Shown here piece by piece: positions 11,520-22,903 of a DNA stretch of 64,000 nt. The stretch comes from Podarcis erhardii. Its lineage: Eukaryota. The notes beneath the pieces are model-generated. The model made no database searches and was not told the DNA's origin. It saw only the letters and a program-made list of their open reading frames with translations. The stretch lies in NCBI GenBank assembly GCA_964252035.1, contig OZ176205.1. One strand, given 5' to 3'. The first letter of the stretch is position 1. The number at the start of each line of letters is the position of its first letter. The position numbers and the translations under genes are program-made.

Positions 11520-14500
11520 TACATAGGAACTACCATACCTCTGGAAGATAAGACAGGTCTTACAATCCTTCTTCATTTATTTGGCTCTGTTAAAGCAATG
11601 GCTCAGCATCTAATGCTGGTTGGCAGATTTGCAAATAGAATTTGTATCTCTAATAATAAAAGAGAGCAGAGAATAGAAACATCAGCAAAAAAAATCTCTC
11701 TGTGTTTGTGTTCATGTTGCACAACTTCCCAAAACCTGTCCTGGATCTGGCACTATGAATCTCAGTGAAAGCCAATGGGAATTCAAGTACACCCAGAGCA
11801 GGATGGAGGGGGAAGAGAAAAAACTTATCTGCTTCCAATCAGGAGCTGCTGTGAACATAGTGAGAGAGAGAGATGCACTTTAAAGGCAAACTGTCAAGGT
11901 TAGTAGGCCTCAAAAGTATGACCTACTTTTTTTTAACTGCTTGCCTGTTTGTATTTGCAGAGACCAGCGTTCTTTAGGCAAGCTCTGAAAAAAATACTTC
12001 AATAGAAGCCACTAAAATTTAATTAACCCGCCACCCTTGATGAGCTCTTCAGCTCCACGTCTGCAACCTTACAGCACCGATCTATCACCATGAAACACTG
12101 TACTAAACTGCTTCACATGTGTCCTTCTCTAACACAAAGATCAAACCAGTACAAGAACTTGAAATAACAGAAATGGTGTGTCCCCAAAGAAGAAAAGAAG
12201 GGTGCTTAGTCTGCCATTCATTTTTCAAGCTGCATGTGTCCTCATACAGGAGAGGGAAAAGCAGCCGGGCCTTTACTTTATTTTTTCACTGAACAGGTTT
12301 CAAAGAAAAAAAGCTATTTTGGCTTAAAAAGCAGACTGCCTCTCCAGCACTGGGAAATACTAGAACAAAGAGAGAAAGTTAAACCCTTAATACTGAGGTA
12401 AGTTTTTCCCTTATCTGTCTGTGAACATACCCGAACTTTAGATTCTGGCCTGGAAAAAAAGGTGTCCCCATTCTAAAAGTATAAAATACCCTATACAATG
12501 CACAGGTGTATACTATTTTGAACCTGAAATGCAAAACACTGTGCAAAAGGCAAACCAAGGACAAGGACATGCCTGGAAGCTCGCAATCTAATTTAAACAT
12601 AAAACATAAAGGGGAAAGATGGGGAAGGTAATGCAGTTAAGGAAAGGAAAACAAGGGTTTTTGTTTTTTAAAAAGCAGGTGGATCTTAAATAAGTCGGGA
12701 ATAAGAAGGATATCCAACTATCTTGGGCACTGAACCCCAAAAGAGTTGTGAAGTTAGAAAGGCCAAGGATGAAAGAGATTATTATGAATTTAAAGAGGCG
12801 AGTTCTTGATGATCGAAGGGTGTGAGATGAGATAGAGAAAGGCAGAAGAGACAGAATGAACAGATTAGGAGGTTATAGTGATGGTGAAAAGAGAAGAGGC
12901 AGGGAGGTATTGATGATGGTGGAAAACATAGGGTTAGGAATGCAGGAGAGGGGACTGAAGAGATTAATATATAATCTCCTTCCTGGTCATGCCCAGTCTC
13001 ATGTGGTCAGCAACCCAAGTCTTCCTCACCTAGATGTTCCAGGCCACGTTCTCCCAAACCTCTTGCCTGTTCCTTGCCTTCCAACACACTTCCTCTTTAG
13101 GTATTAGTCAGCTCTCAGACCTAACTGTAGGAACAGCCTTATGAAACATACAAGAAAAGAAAACCCACAGAACTGGCTAGTTACCAGCCTCAATCCACTG
13201 CCACCATGCAGGGCAGACCCCTGGTAACTCTGCGACATTTCAGGGGAAATCACAGTGGTATTATAGGTGCCATATCTAATTTCACATATCCCTGCATGTT
13301 ACAAATTTCCCTAAAAGCCCTGTTAGGTACAGGCTGCAAATGGAAACATTCCAGGCCATTCAGCACTGACCTTGCCAAGATACCTCTACTCAACTCCGTA
13401 TCATCAGAGCCACAGAACCAAAGAGGTGAGACAAAGCAAAGCTTAACCCCTCATGGGTTGCCATTTCAGGGAGAAACATTTGTTCAGTTCATTTTTCAGA
13501 ATTCATTTTTCACCAATCTCCAGCGTGATCCTATCTCTCACAACAACACTTAACATTGGCAGCAGTTAAGTGCTCATGCTCTTCACTCATCAATAGGCCC
13601 TTCTCAACTGTATCAGACACTGTGAGTATCATTAATCCTTTCTGTATATACAAGAAAAGAGTCAGGTGGGTTTTTAGCCAAACCAGAGAGCTCAAGTCTA
13701 TTGCACAAGCCAAAATGTAGATTGAACGAGAGGGTTTTTTCTCTGCGGTGTACCCCATATGTGGAACTTCACTGCTTTAAGTGGGTATCTTTCTCCCTAG
13801 TTGTATTCCAATATTAGTTCTCTTGAAACAAGCTTTTAATTCAGTTCTTGCTAGAACTTAATTTATTATTATATTTCTTTACATCTCACCTCTTTCCCAG
13901 ACTGGAACTCAAACCAGCAGCTTACACAAATTAAAACAACACATGTAAAATACAGAAAGCTAAAAACAGACAAGATACTAGTTAAAAAGTAAAAAAAAAA
14001 CCTATAATAAAATTTAAACAATATAAAAATAAATCTATTGAAATACAAATAATATTTTTGCCTCTAAGGGTTGTATCCAACATTAGGAGTTCTGCAACAG
14101 AACTTCCCCTCCCTCTCCTCCCCACCCCACTCGCTCCCAAACTCTGTTCTGTGGTTTTCGCCAATCGTCCAAGCAGATCTGAGTGGCACATAGGGAGAAA
14201 AGAGAGGAAATTCTGTTGTGGAAGTCAAAAAGCTTACGCTAACAAAACAACCTTTCGTGTTTTTCCTTACTGATGCTGCTCTTCGTCTGGTAATGGTGTT
14301 TTAACTACGGGACATTATTATTTTCATGCTTATTTTAAATTTTGTAAGCTGCAACTCTTTTGGGGAGGGGAAACAAGAAGCACATATTTTGGTGTAAGTA
14401 ACGAAATAAATTGCCACCAGCATAGACCAAACAAGAGCAATCCTCACTACTTATGAGCAAACTCAAGAAGTATTCAGCTAGAAGCAGATTACATTCCAGA

Positions 14501-14666
14501 TAAGCCATCTTTGACTAGCATAAGGCATGTTAACATAATAGTTATATCTTGGTATTCTAAGTTAACAAAACGACTTACAAAAGTGTCTCATTAAAACAAT
14601 CAAAATGTGGAGATAAACCACAATGGTAGCAAGGACATCCCAACAAACAATTAAAATCTAAGAATA

Positions 14667-14907
14667 CAGTGGCACCTCAGATTGAGAACAGTCCAGTTTA
14701 AGAACAATTTGGTTTACGAACTCTGCAAAACCGGAAATAGTGTCCCAGTTTGAGAACTCTACCTCGGTCTAAGAATGGAATCCGAATGGTGGAAGGGCAC
14801 CGGCGGTGGGAGGCCTCATTAGGGAAAGCGTGCCTTGGTTTAAGAACAGTTTCGGTTTATGAACGGACTTCCGGAACGGATTAAGTTCATAAACCGAGGT
14901 ACCACTG
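14667..14907. mobile_element. Tc1/mariner-type MITE, related family B
   Basis: TA-CAGTGGCACCTC...GAGGTACCACTG-TA termini; internal sequence differs from family A. Confidence 0.8.
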
Positions 14908-15940
14908 TATTAGATTTTAATATGCAGCAAGGACAGAGATAAAATCCCTGAAAAAATAAAAACTTACTAACCCAAAGGACATTTTGGTGGTCCGCAAACT
15001 AGCACGGGGGGGCACTTCAACTGAAAAGGCCCTCTCAGCAGTCACTACTCACATAAACTCTGACAACGCCAAGAGAAGTGAAAACATGTGTGAACAAGCC
15101 ATTAGATGGACACCAGCAGACCAAGTCATTCACAAACTGCTCTACAACAAGCCCACCTGTTGATTCTTAGGCAGGTTCATTCACCTAAGAAACTCCATCA
15201 GTGGAAGCATGGCACAATGACTTCCACTTACCCAATGGAGATTTTTATCCTCTCCTCACCCTGCACGCCCCAGAACTGGCTCAGTAGGGGGGGTGGGTCC
15301 AGGAAATTTCCTCAGAAAAGTGAGGGGGGGGGGTTCTTCCGTCTGGCAAGCTGAAATACTTGTGCAGGCAGAATGTTCATAATAGCACAATGTTGAATTC
15401 CACCCTATGTCTTGTTGGTTTTATGATGGGTTGCTGGGTTTTTTCTTTTCCCCCTGTAATTTTACCTACTTCACTGCATTCCCTCCCCTTCTTCTTAATG
15501 TAACCATTCTGAAAATTTGAATGAGAGGCAACTTATGAAGGTTCAAAGTTGTACCATCAGGGACAATAAGAAGCTTCAAGAGGGATTTTTTTTTAATCCA
15601 AACAGCACAGGGGCACTAAAGGTTAACCAAGGGTTAAAAACCCTTTCCACACACTCCTCTAACCTCCCAATCCAGATTAGGAGACCCCCCACCACCCTGC
15701 AGCTGTTTATTGTTAAGAACAAGGTGTGTCCAGACCTAAGTTTGCTATTCAAACACACTACTGTGTAATGTGTAATTTGGCCCCGAAGTAGCTACCCATA
15801 TTTGCTGTTTTATTCAGAAAAACTACACATGCGAAAGCGCACCAGAGCTTAATAAAGCATTCCACTTCTGATCCCTGCACATTATGTCAGCCTCCCCCAC
15901 TTCTAAAATCCACACTAGCCCCAAATCTAGGGGACAAGCC

Positions 15941-15970
<30 letters not shown>

Positions 15971-15971
<1 letters not shown>

Positions 15972-16169
15972 AGATAGGTAGCCGTGTTGGTCTGCCATGG
16001 TCAAAACAAAATAAAAAAATTCCTTCCAGTAGCACCTTAAAGACCAACTGGGTTAGTTCTAGGTATGAGCTTTCGTGTGCATGCACATGGTATCTGAAGA
16101 AGTGTGCATGCACACGAAAGCTCATACCTAGAACTAACCCAGTTGGTCTTTAAGGTGCTACTGGAAGGA

Positions 16170-16173
<4 letters not shown>
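15971..16173 (+). mobile_element. Penelope-like element (PLE) terminal-repeat remnant with a partial inverted copy, inserted in an (ATT)n tract
   Basis: Contains GTATCTGAAGAAGTGTGCATGCACACGAAAGCTCATAC, typical of squamate PLE pseudo-LTRs. Perfect 71-bp inverted arms 16017-16087 and 16103-16173. (ATT)n on both flanks. Confidence 0.8.
16089..16128 (+). ncRNA. Minimal type I hammerhead ribozyme motif (PLE type)
   Basis: GGUAU-CUGAAGA-A-GUGUG(CAUG)CACAC-GAAA-GC-UC|-AUACC: 5-bp stem I, intact CUGANGA/GAAA core, 5-bp stem II, palindromic AGCU minimal stem III. Predicted cleavage after C16123. Confidence 0.85.
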
Positions 16174-16211
<38 letters not shown>

Positions 16212-17618
16212 CATACCTCCAGGTTAAATTGGAGATTTTTTCAGTCCCAGAAGAATAACCAGTTTTGCTGCCCTGAATGCTCTCCTTTCTCCCCTGCCCT
16301 CTTTCAAGCCCAAAACTCTCAAGTTAGTCAACAAGTGAAGAAAAACCAGTGGAACAAGAATGTCCCCTTTGCTCGCACTGGAGGAAGGAAAAGTGGGGGG
16401 AAAGAAAAAGCTTTGACAAGATGCTGATATTATGAAGGCGGAGTGTTGGGGGGACACACAATGATTCCTCTGTCTAATATTACCTCATCTGCAGCACAAA
16501 CCCTTGAAAATCACTTAAAATATTTCTCATGTCAAATCCAGAACATCCAGCTGAGCATTTCTTTCAGCCAGCCTCCCACCTAGACTTCCTGTATGGGAAA
16601 CACACAGCATTAGAGGTCACTTTTGGCTGCTGCATATGTGAAAAAACAACCAGTGGCTGTTTCTCTCCCTGTAAGGTAGCAGCAGCCCTTCTGACTGCCT
16701 GTCCTTTCCCCTTCCAGGGATCATAAGTTTTTGCAGATCACAAAGGAGGAGCTACATCCCACAGGCCACCAACAATACCTACCCCTTAACAGCCTCACTA
16801 GAAATTATTAGTAAGAGGAAGGAGGCAATGTAAATGCCGAGGCTCTGATGGTATCTTGCATTATGTGGATACAATAAAAATAGACTTGCAAGGGAAAGCA
16901 TAAATCTTGGCATCCCAGCTCCATGCAAGGAGAAAAACACCCAAGGCAGCAGTGCAGACTCTGCAAGGCTAAAAAGAACTAGGCAGTGGTGCTATCGAGG
17001 CAGGACTGTAAGGCAGATATCAAGGGTCCTATTTAGCAGAATGAATTGGGGTGGCAGGGCAAATGCAGCCATCCTGGCTTACCACGTTTTGAAGCAAGTG
17101 GGGCAATATACATTACCATCTACAGAGGGGCTCCTCCCTAAGCCCATCAAGTTGCCTGACTACATCACTGGAATGAGACAAAACATGTGTTTGTGTGAAC
17201 AGGGTGCAAGAGCAGTCCTTTAGAATTCAGTTGCAACAGCCAAGCCTACATGCTGGCACGGTTTCTAATGATGGGGTTTTACTGCGGCTTTACAGTGAAT
17301 CAGACCAATTGTATGTCTAGCACGGTATCCGTCTACCTGGTCCCTTTCTGTAAGTAGTTTCCCCCATAATTCCTGCCCAAATTATTTTTAAGTGGAAGCT
17401 CCAAAGACATCACACACACAGGACATGTGCTTTGTCACTGAATTATGGGTACCCCTGCACACTCCTGGTCACTATTTCCTGTATCTGTGCCCCTCAGTTT
17501 CTGCCACACACACCCCTGCATTTTCTAAATCCTGGATACAGAACTGGGCAAAATAACGATATGCAAATTAGGCATGTCAACCTGGCTTTAGACCGTTTGA
17601 GGTGCATATTTTAAGGAC

Positions 17619-17619
<1 letters not shown>

Positions 17620-17654
<35 letters not shown>

Positions 17655-17782
17655 CTTATTATTTATACCCCGCCCATCTGGCTGGGTTTCCCCAGCCACT
17701 CTGGGCAGCTTCCAACAAAATATTAAAATACAATAGTCTGCTAAACATTTAAAGCTTCCCTAAACAGGGCTGCCTTCAGATC
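17620..17782 (-). mobile_element. L2-clade LINE extreme 3' end with (ATT)n tail
   Basis: Reverse complement of the same 3' UTR as 2003-2408 (TTTATACCCCGCCCATCTGGCTGGG...AAAGCTTCCCTAAACAGGGCTGCC). Confidence 0.8.
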
Positions 17783-18867
17783 TTATCTTATTTCTGTAAC
17801 TGTAAGTTGTTTTAAGCTGTTGTTAAAGTTGTGTTGCAATGTTGCAACCCACCCTGGGACCTTACGGTGAAGGGCAGGTGAGAAATTAAAGAGTAGCAAC
17901 AGCATAAATAATATTAATATGCTGGATACAGAAAACGAATGCTATGAGAATGAGAAAAGGGCATTTTATCATCCATTAAAAGAAGAAGCAAGTTGCATCA
18001 ATTTGCACAATGCGTGAAAAAGGGCATGGCTGGGAGAAGGCTACCAGCAAAACAGCTGTTTCTTAAAGAACAAAGAAGAACAACATGACCAACTAGGAAG
18101 TGGCAAAATGTGTGCTGCTCTAGAGACAAGAACTGGGATACAATGTTAACTAGAATGATGGAAGAAACCTTAGCAGTAGGATCGGCAGGTGAGAATTTAG
18201 TTTCTTTTTGTTCCTTTGAAATATCAGAAAGGGATAAAGTTGTTGGCCAACATCACTTTAAAGACTTTGTTTCAGAACAGGCTTAGAAGAGAAGATTTGT
18301 TCCTTTCTAACAAACTCACTTTAAAAATCCCCATTTAAAACAAGGCAGGACACAAAACAGCACGGAGCAGATTGGTTTGTTCCATGCTTCCATATATTAA
18401 AGCAAGCTCCTTCCCTTTATCACATAGGCCACAGTTAGGTTTGACAGTGTGCACACACAGAAAATACAATGATGGCTGCTTCATCAATCTCTCAGGCATA
18501 CTTGGTTTATAAATGGCACCAGCATAGCAAAAGCAGCAGATCCAGACACACAGAGGAAGGAATGGCCTTTCAGAGGCATGAAGAATTTTTAGTTAATTTT
18601 TTGGCTTTCAAAAGATTGATCAAATTTAAATCAATTCACATACTACCTACATATTAATGTATGTGCCATTTTTTTGTGAGAGGAACAAAGTGTAAGTTAC
18701 TATCCATAACAAAAACAACACTTAGCATTTGAATAGTGCTTATAAGTCTTTAAATTGAATTGAGAATTGTAGAATTGGAAGGGACTGCCAAGGGTCATCT
18801 AGTCCAGCCCCCTATAATGCCGCAGCTGTCATTATCTTGTTAAAATCCTTACAAGAACACTGCAAGG

Positions 18868-19005
18868 CAGGTGTGGGGAAGCTTGGGCCTCCCAGATATT
18901 GCTGAACTACAACTCACATCAGTCCCAGTAAGCATGGGCAGCGCCCAGGGAAGATGGGAGTTGTAGTTCAGCAACATCTGGAGAACCAAAGCGTCCCCAC
19001 CCCTG
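18868..19005. mobile_element. Near-palindromic hAT-type MITE (138 bp)
   Basis: Termini CAGGTGTGGGGA / TCCCCACCCCTG. 8-bp TSD CTGCAAGG (18860-18867) vs CTGTAAGG (19006-19013). Internal arms CCAGATATTGCTGAACTACAACTC / GAGTTGTAGTTCAGCAACATCTGG. Confidence 0.75.
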
Positions 19006-19019
19006 CTGTAAGGTAAGGC

Positions 19020-19170
19020 AATATTATTATTCCCGTTTTGCAGAAAGGAGGACTGAGGCAGAGAAGGAATTGCTTGTCTAAGTCATCTAATGGGATTCCT
19101 GGCAGAGGCAAGATTTGAACTACGGACTTTCTGATTCATAACTCATTCTCTTAGCCACTACACCACAGTA
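19020..19170 (-). mobile_element. Ancient CORE/MIR-like SINE fragment
   Basis: CCCGTTTTGCAGAAAGGAGGACTGAGGC...GGCAGAGGCAAGATTTGAAC resembles the reverse complement of the MIR core and B box. Confidence 0.5.
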
Positions 19171-19446
19171 AGGAATTTAACAATGAACTGCAACTATGGA
19201 CTTGCATTTATATTTTAAAAATTGTTTATCTTATGATAGCACTTCCTAGGATTTAAACTGCATGATAGTGGGATTAGGTTTAAGCAAGCTATTCACATTA
19301 AGAGGTTTGGAGATTCTGCTGCCCACAGAAACTAAAGTTGTTAAGGAGGTTCCTTTCGCCATATGGCAAAAAGGACTCAACTTCCTCAAATCCAGTTGAA
19401 TAAAGGACCCTAGGGAATGCTTCTCCTTCTCCCTCTCCCTCCCTTG

Positions 19447-19450
19447 CACA

Positions 19451-19506
<56 letters not shown>
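19447..19506. repeat. Compound microsatellite (CA)n(GA)n
   Basis: (CA)11 at 19447-19468 directly followed by (GA)19 at 19469-19506, starting 24 nt into CHD6 intron 2. Confidence 0.98.
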
Positions 19507-19509
<3 letters not shown>

Positions 19510-19530
19510 ACAAAGGAAAGGGTTGCCAAC

Positions 19531-19563
19531 CTGTTTTTCTTTCTTCTGTATTTTCATTATCAT
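19531..19563 (-). CDS. CHD6: CHD6 exon 2 coding part (MIMKIQKKEKQ); full exon 19586-19531 including 23 nt of 5' UTR
   Basis: ATG at 19563-19561; 11 codons match the CHD6 N-terminus (human MKMKIQKKEKQ). Acceptor TTTTTACAG|AAG, donor CAG|GTTGGC. Phase 0 joins exon 3 in frame. Confidence 0.93.
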
Positions 19564-19802
19564 CAAATTTGGGGTGTATATTACTTCTGTAAAAACACAA
19601 GACAAAAAGGTCATGTTAACACTGAAAGCACACAAGAACTGCTTGTAAAGTATTTTTAATACAGCACCCTCTCTAAAGAGCAGTGACACACTCAGATATA
19701 AGTCCTGCTCAAAAATACTCTGTATTACTCAAGAAGGAAGGGCCTTTTGGAGTCTAAACAGATAACCCTGTGGCACTGATTTACATGACTAGGAGCCATA
19801 CA

Positions 19803-19858
<56 letters not shown>
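19803..19858. repeat. (ATAG)n tetranucleotide microsatellite
   Basis: 14 perfect ATAG units. Confidence 0.97.
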
Positions 19859-20330
19859 TTTTGAAATTTCCTCATTACAGCTATAACTCTACAGTGGGGA
19901 TGGGGAATCTGCCATCCTCCAGATGTGATTGGACTCCCACCAGACCCGGTCAGCATTGCTTATGGTCATGGAAAATTCTATCTCCCCAGCCCTTGAAGGC
20001 TTATCAGGGGTCTGTCCATCCCATTGATGTCAAACAGGGATTTCTCAGAGTGTTAAGTAGAGGTCTTCCAAATCTTAGCCATTCAGATCCTTTGGGAACT
20101 TCATGCATTATGCACCTTAATGATACGTCTAAGATTTATTTAATTCTACATTTAAAAATGTAATGGGGGGACAGTTAATGCATACAACATACAGATACGC
20201 TAAAGAGGGAGGGAGAGAGTTGGTTAGTGACCTGCTGAGTATAAACACTATTAGATGTTGTGCAATGTGTGCAATTGCTTTGGGATGCAAAGTAGTCAGA
20301 TGGGTGGGGTACAAAACATTTATTATTATC

Positions 20331-20331
<1 letters not shown>

Positions 20332-20367
<36 letters not shown>
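20332..20367. repeat. (ATC)n trinucleotide microsatellite
   Basis: Direct reading; source of the spurious poly-His, poly-Met and poly-Ser ORFs. Confidence 0.97.
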
Positions 20368-20369
<2 letters not shown>

Positions 20370-22018
20370 GGGGCTTTATAGAAACAAAAGAAAGTACTCT
20401 ACCAATTAAAAATATCCTTTCCCACTTGAAAATATGGCCCTATAAAAGTCCGGCAACACTTCCTGCTCTCCCATACCTATGCAGATTGAGAAACATGCAT
20501 TTACCTTCTCCAGGAGCAATACATTGCCTTCTTTGAGGAGGAGAGGGATGAAGGATCTTCTTTAGTTGGAAAGCGGGGAAAAGAAGAATGTGCACACTCT
20601 GGGGTCAGAGCCAGGCCATTCTCATTTCAGTATCCTGGAAGGGGAAGGGACATAACCAAAAGAGACACAGTCAGCCTAGCAGCACAATTAGGAAATAAAT
20701 GGTATCCATTAAATATCAAAACAATACATGTGACAGAGTGGTGTAGTAGTTAAGGTTGAAATAAGACTGGCAGGAAACATGACAATCAGCCATATGCCAA
20801 GTTCAATTATGTGTATGCTGTGGGTGGAATTTAACATTGTGTAATTACAAATGTTCCATTTGTGCAAGCATTGCTGCTTGCCAGACGGAGTGATTCCCCT
20901 CTACCCTCCCTCTCCATGCTGTTTTGGGGGTTCTCCCAACTTTCCCAGAGCTCATTTCAAGGGATGCAGGGGGTTTTCACTGACAAGGTTGGTTTGATGA
21001 CTATAAACAAGTACAGTCAACTGGAAGCCCAACCTCTTTGAGATGCAAAAGAGGCCATGTGCTATATACTGCAAGCAACCCTCAAATAGCTCTACCCCTG
21101 CTTCAATTTGTGTTGCAGAGCAATAAATTCTAAATGCCATGCCCACCTACTCTGGTTTCAGCCCTGGAGTTGATCTCTCTGACACAGAGATTTACTTTGC
21201 CTTCTGAACTTTATGTCCTGGATGGGTGAAAACCAAATCCAAGCTCACTTCAGTTTCCCAAGTACTGAAATGGGTGGTGCAGTTCACAGTGCTGGCAAAA
21301 GAACAGGGCTCTTCATAAGAGTCTCCATCCTCAATCGTTCAATGGACTGAAGATCCTGTTTTGACAGAGAGCAACTCACAAATACATATTTAGAAACATT
21401 TGGCAGTATACACAGAACTCTATGCTTACACCGCTTGTCTCTTGTGCCCAGGCCCAACAACAATAATAGTTCCAAACTCTGAATATAAAAAAATGCTATG
21501 ACCTGAGGCATTTATGATCACTATTAAATCCAGCGGTATTTTTGAGCATGTTTAAATTAAATAATTATTATTATTATTTTGTCCAGGGGGCTGGGAGCGG
21601 GAATGCATATACGCCCAATGCCTGAACCAAAAATCCACCTATATCTGTAGTTAATAAAGTTGAGCCATCTGTAATTCAGATCACTGTCTGCTTGAGTTTA
21701 TTAATCACATCTTACATTTAGCCACTGCTGGGTGTGTGGGTGTGTGGAATGCCACTGTGACTGGTACTGTGATAAACTAACTTCATGGTGAGTTCCCCCA
21801 ACTTTTTTCCAGAAAAAACAACACTGATTACATCCCAATTTGTATCTTTTCTCTTGCCCCCTTTTTCCTCCTTTCCACACCTCTTCCTGTTCATATGTTT
21901 TAAAATGAACAATCAATATAAGTATTAATAAACGAACGAAGAAGCAGAAAAATAGAGCTACATGAGAAATGACCTGTACACTGATAACTGTTGGGCATTG
22001 CTTGAGTTACACTGTGAC

Positions 22019-22520
22019 CCAGTGTGGTGCAGTGGTTAGAGTGATGGACTAAGAGCTGGGAGATCAGGGTTCAAATGCCCACTCATCAGTGAAGTTCACT
22101 GTGTGGCCCTGGGCAGAGTCACCGCCTCTTAGTTTGACAGGGATAACATGAGAATAAAATGGGGAAGAGGAGAAGTACCGTATTTTTCGCCCCATAGGAC
22201 GCACCAAGTTTTTTGGGGGGAGGAAATAAAGAAAAAAATATATCAGCCTCCAAACCACATCGGGAGACAGCAGGATGGCGGCGTTCCGCCTCCCCGCTGT
22301 CCCCCGACCTTGTGGGGCTGGCGCTGGGGCTCTCCTGAAGCCTGGAGAGCGAGAGGGGTCGGTGCGCACTGACCCCTCTCGCTCTGCAGGCTTCAGCGAA
22401 AGCCTGCATTCGCCCCATAGGACGCACACACATTTCCCCTTCATTTTTGGAGGGGAAAAAGAGCGTCGTATAGAGTGAAAAATACGGTATATACTGAGCT
22501 CCTTGGAGGAAAGGTGAGAT
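22019..22520 (+). mobile_element. Old tRNA-derived SINE interrupted by a MITE
   Basis: Head CCAGTGTGGTGCAGTGGTTAGAG...GGGTTCAAATGCCC; the tail GAGCTCCTTGGAGGAAAGG resumes after the insertion at 22178-22487. Confidence 0.55.
22178..22487. mobile_element. Tc1/mariner-superfamily MITE with CCGTATTTTTC TIRs
   Basis: TA-CCGTATTTTTCGC...GTGAAAAATACGG-TA; CpG-rich interior. Confidence 0.85.
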
Positions 22521-22529
22521 ATACAGTGG

Positions 22530-22850
22530 TATACGGACAAATTGCATGAAAAGGACAATAGTGACTTTGGAAAAGAATGGGAACCCTTTACAACATACTT
22601 GCAGAAACAACAATAAAAATGGACTCGTTGGCAGAATTTAAATAAACATTTACAACTTTATTTACAGAGAACAAGAAATATAATTAGTGATAACAGATCA
22701 TTTTGTATAAACAGCAGAATGTAACATTTGATGTAACAAACCAGAAATGGAAGTTGGAGGAAGTCAACAGGGAGAGGGGGAAAGCAGAAAATGGATGTTA
22801 AATGATGATATTGAATAATTGTTATGAGACAAGAAAATCAATAAAAATTA
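22530..22850 (+). mobile_element. L1-clade LINE 3' end
   Basis: Frame KEWEPFTTYLQKQQ..MDSLAEFK* resembles squamate L1 ORF2 C-termini, followed by an A-rich 3' UTR ending in AATAAA. Confidence 0.55.
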
Positions 22851-22865
22851 TTACACACACACATA

Positions 22866-22899
<34 letters not shown>

Positions 22900-22903
<4 letters not shown>

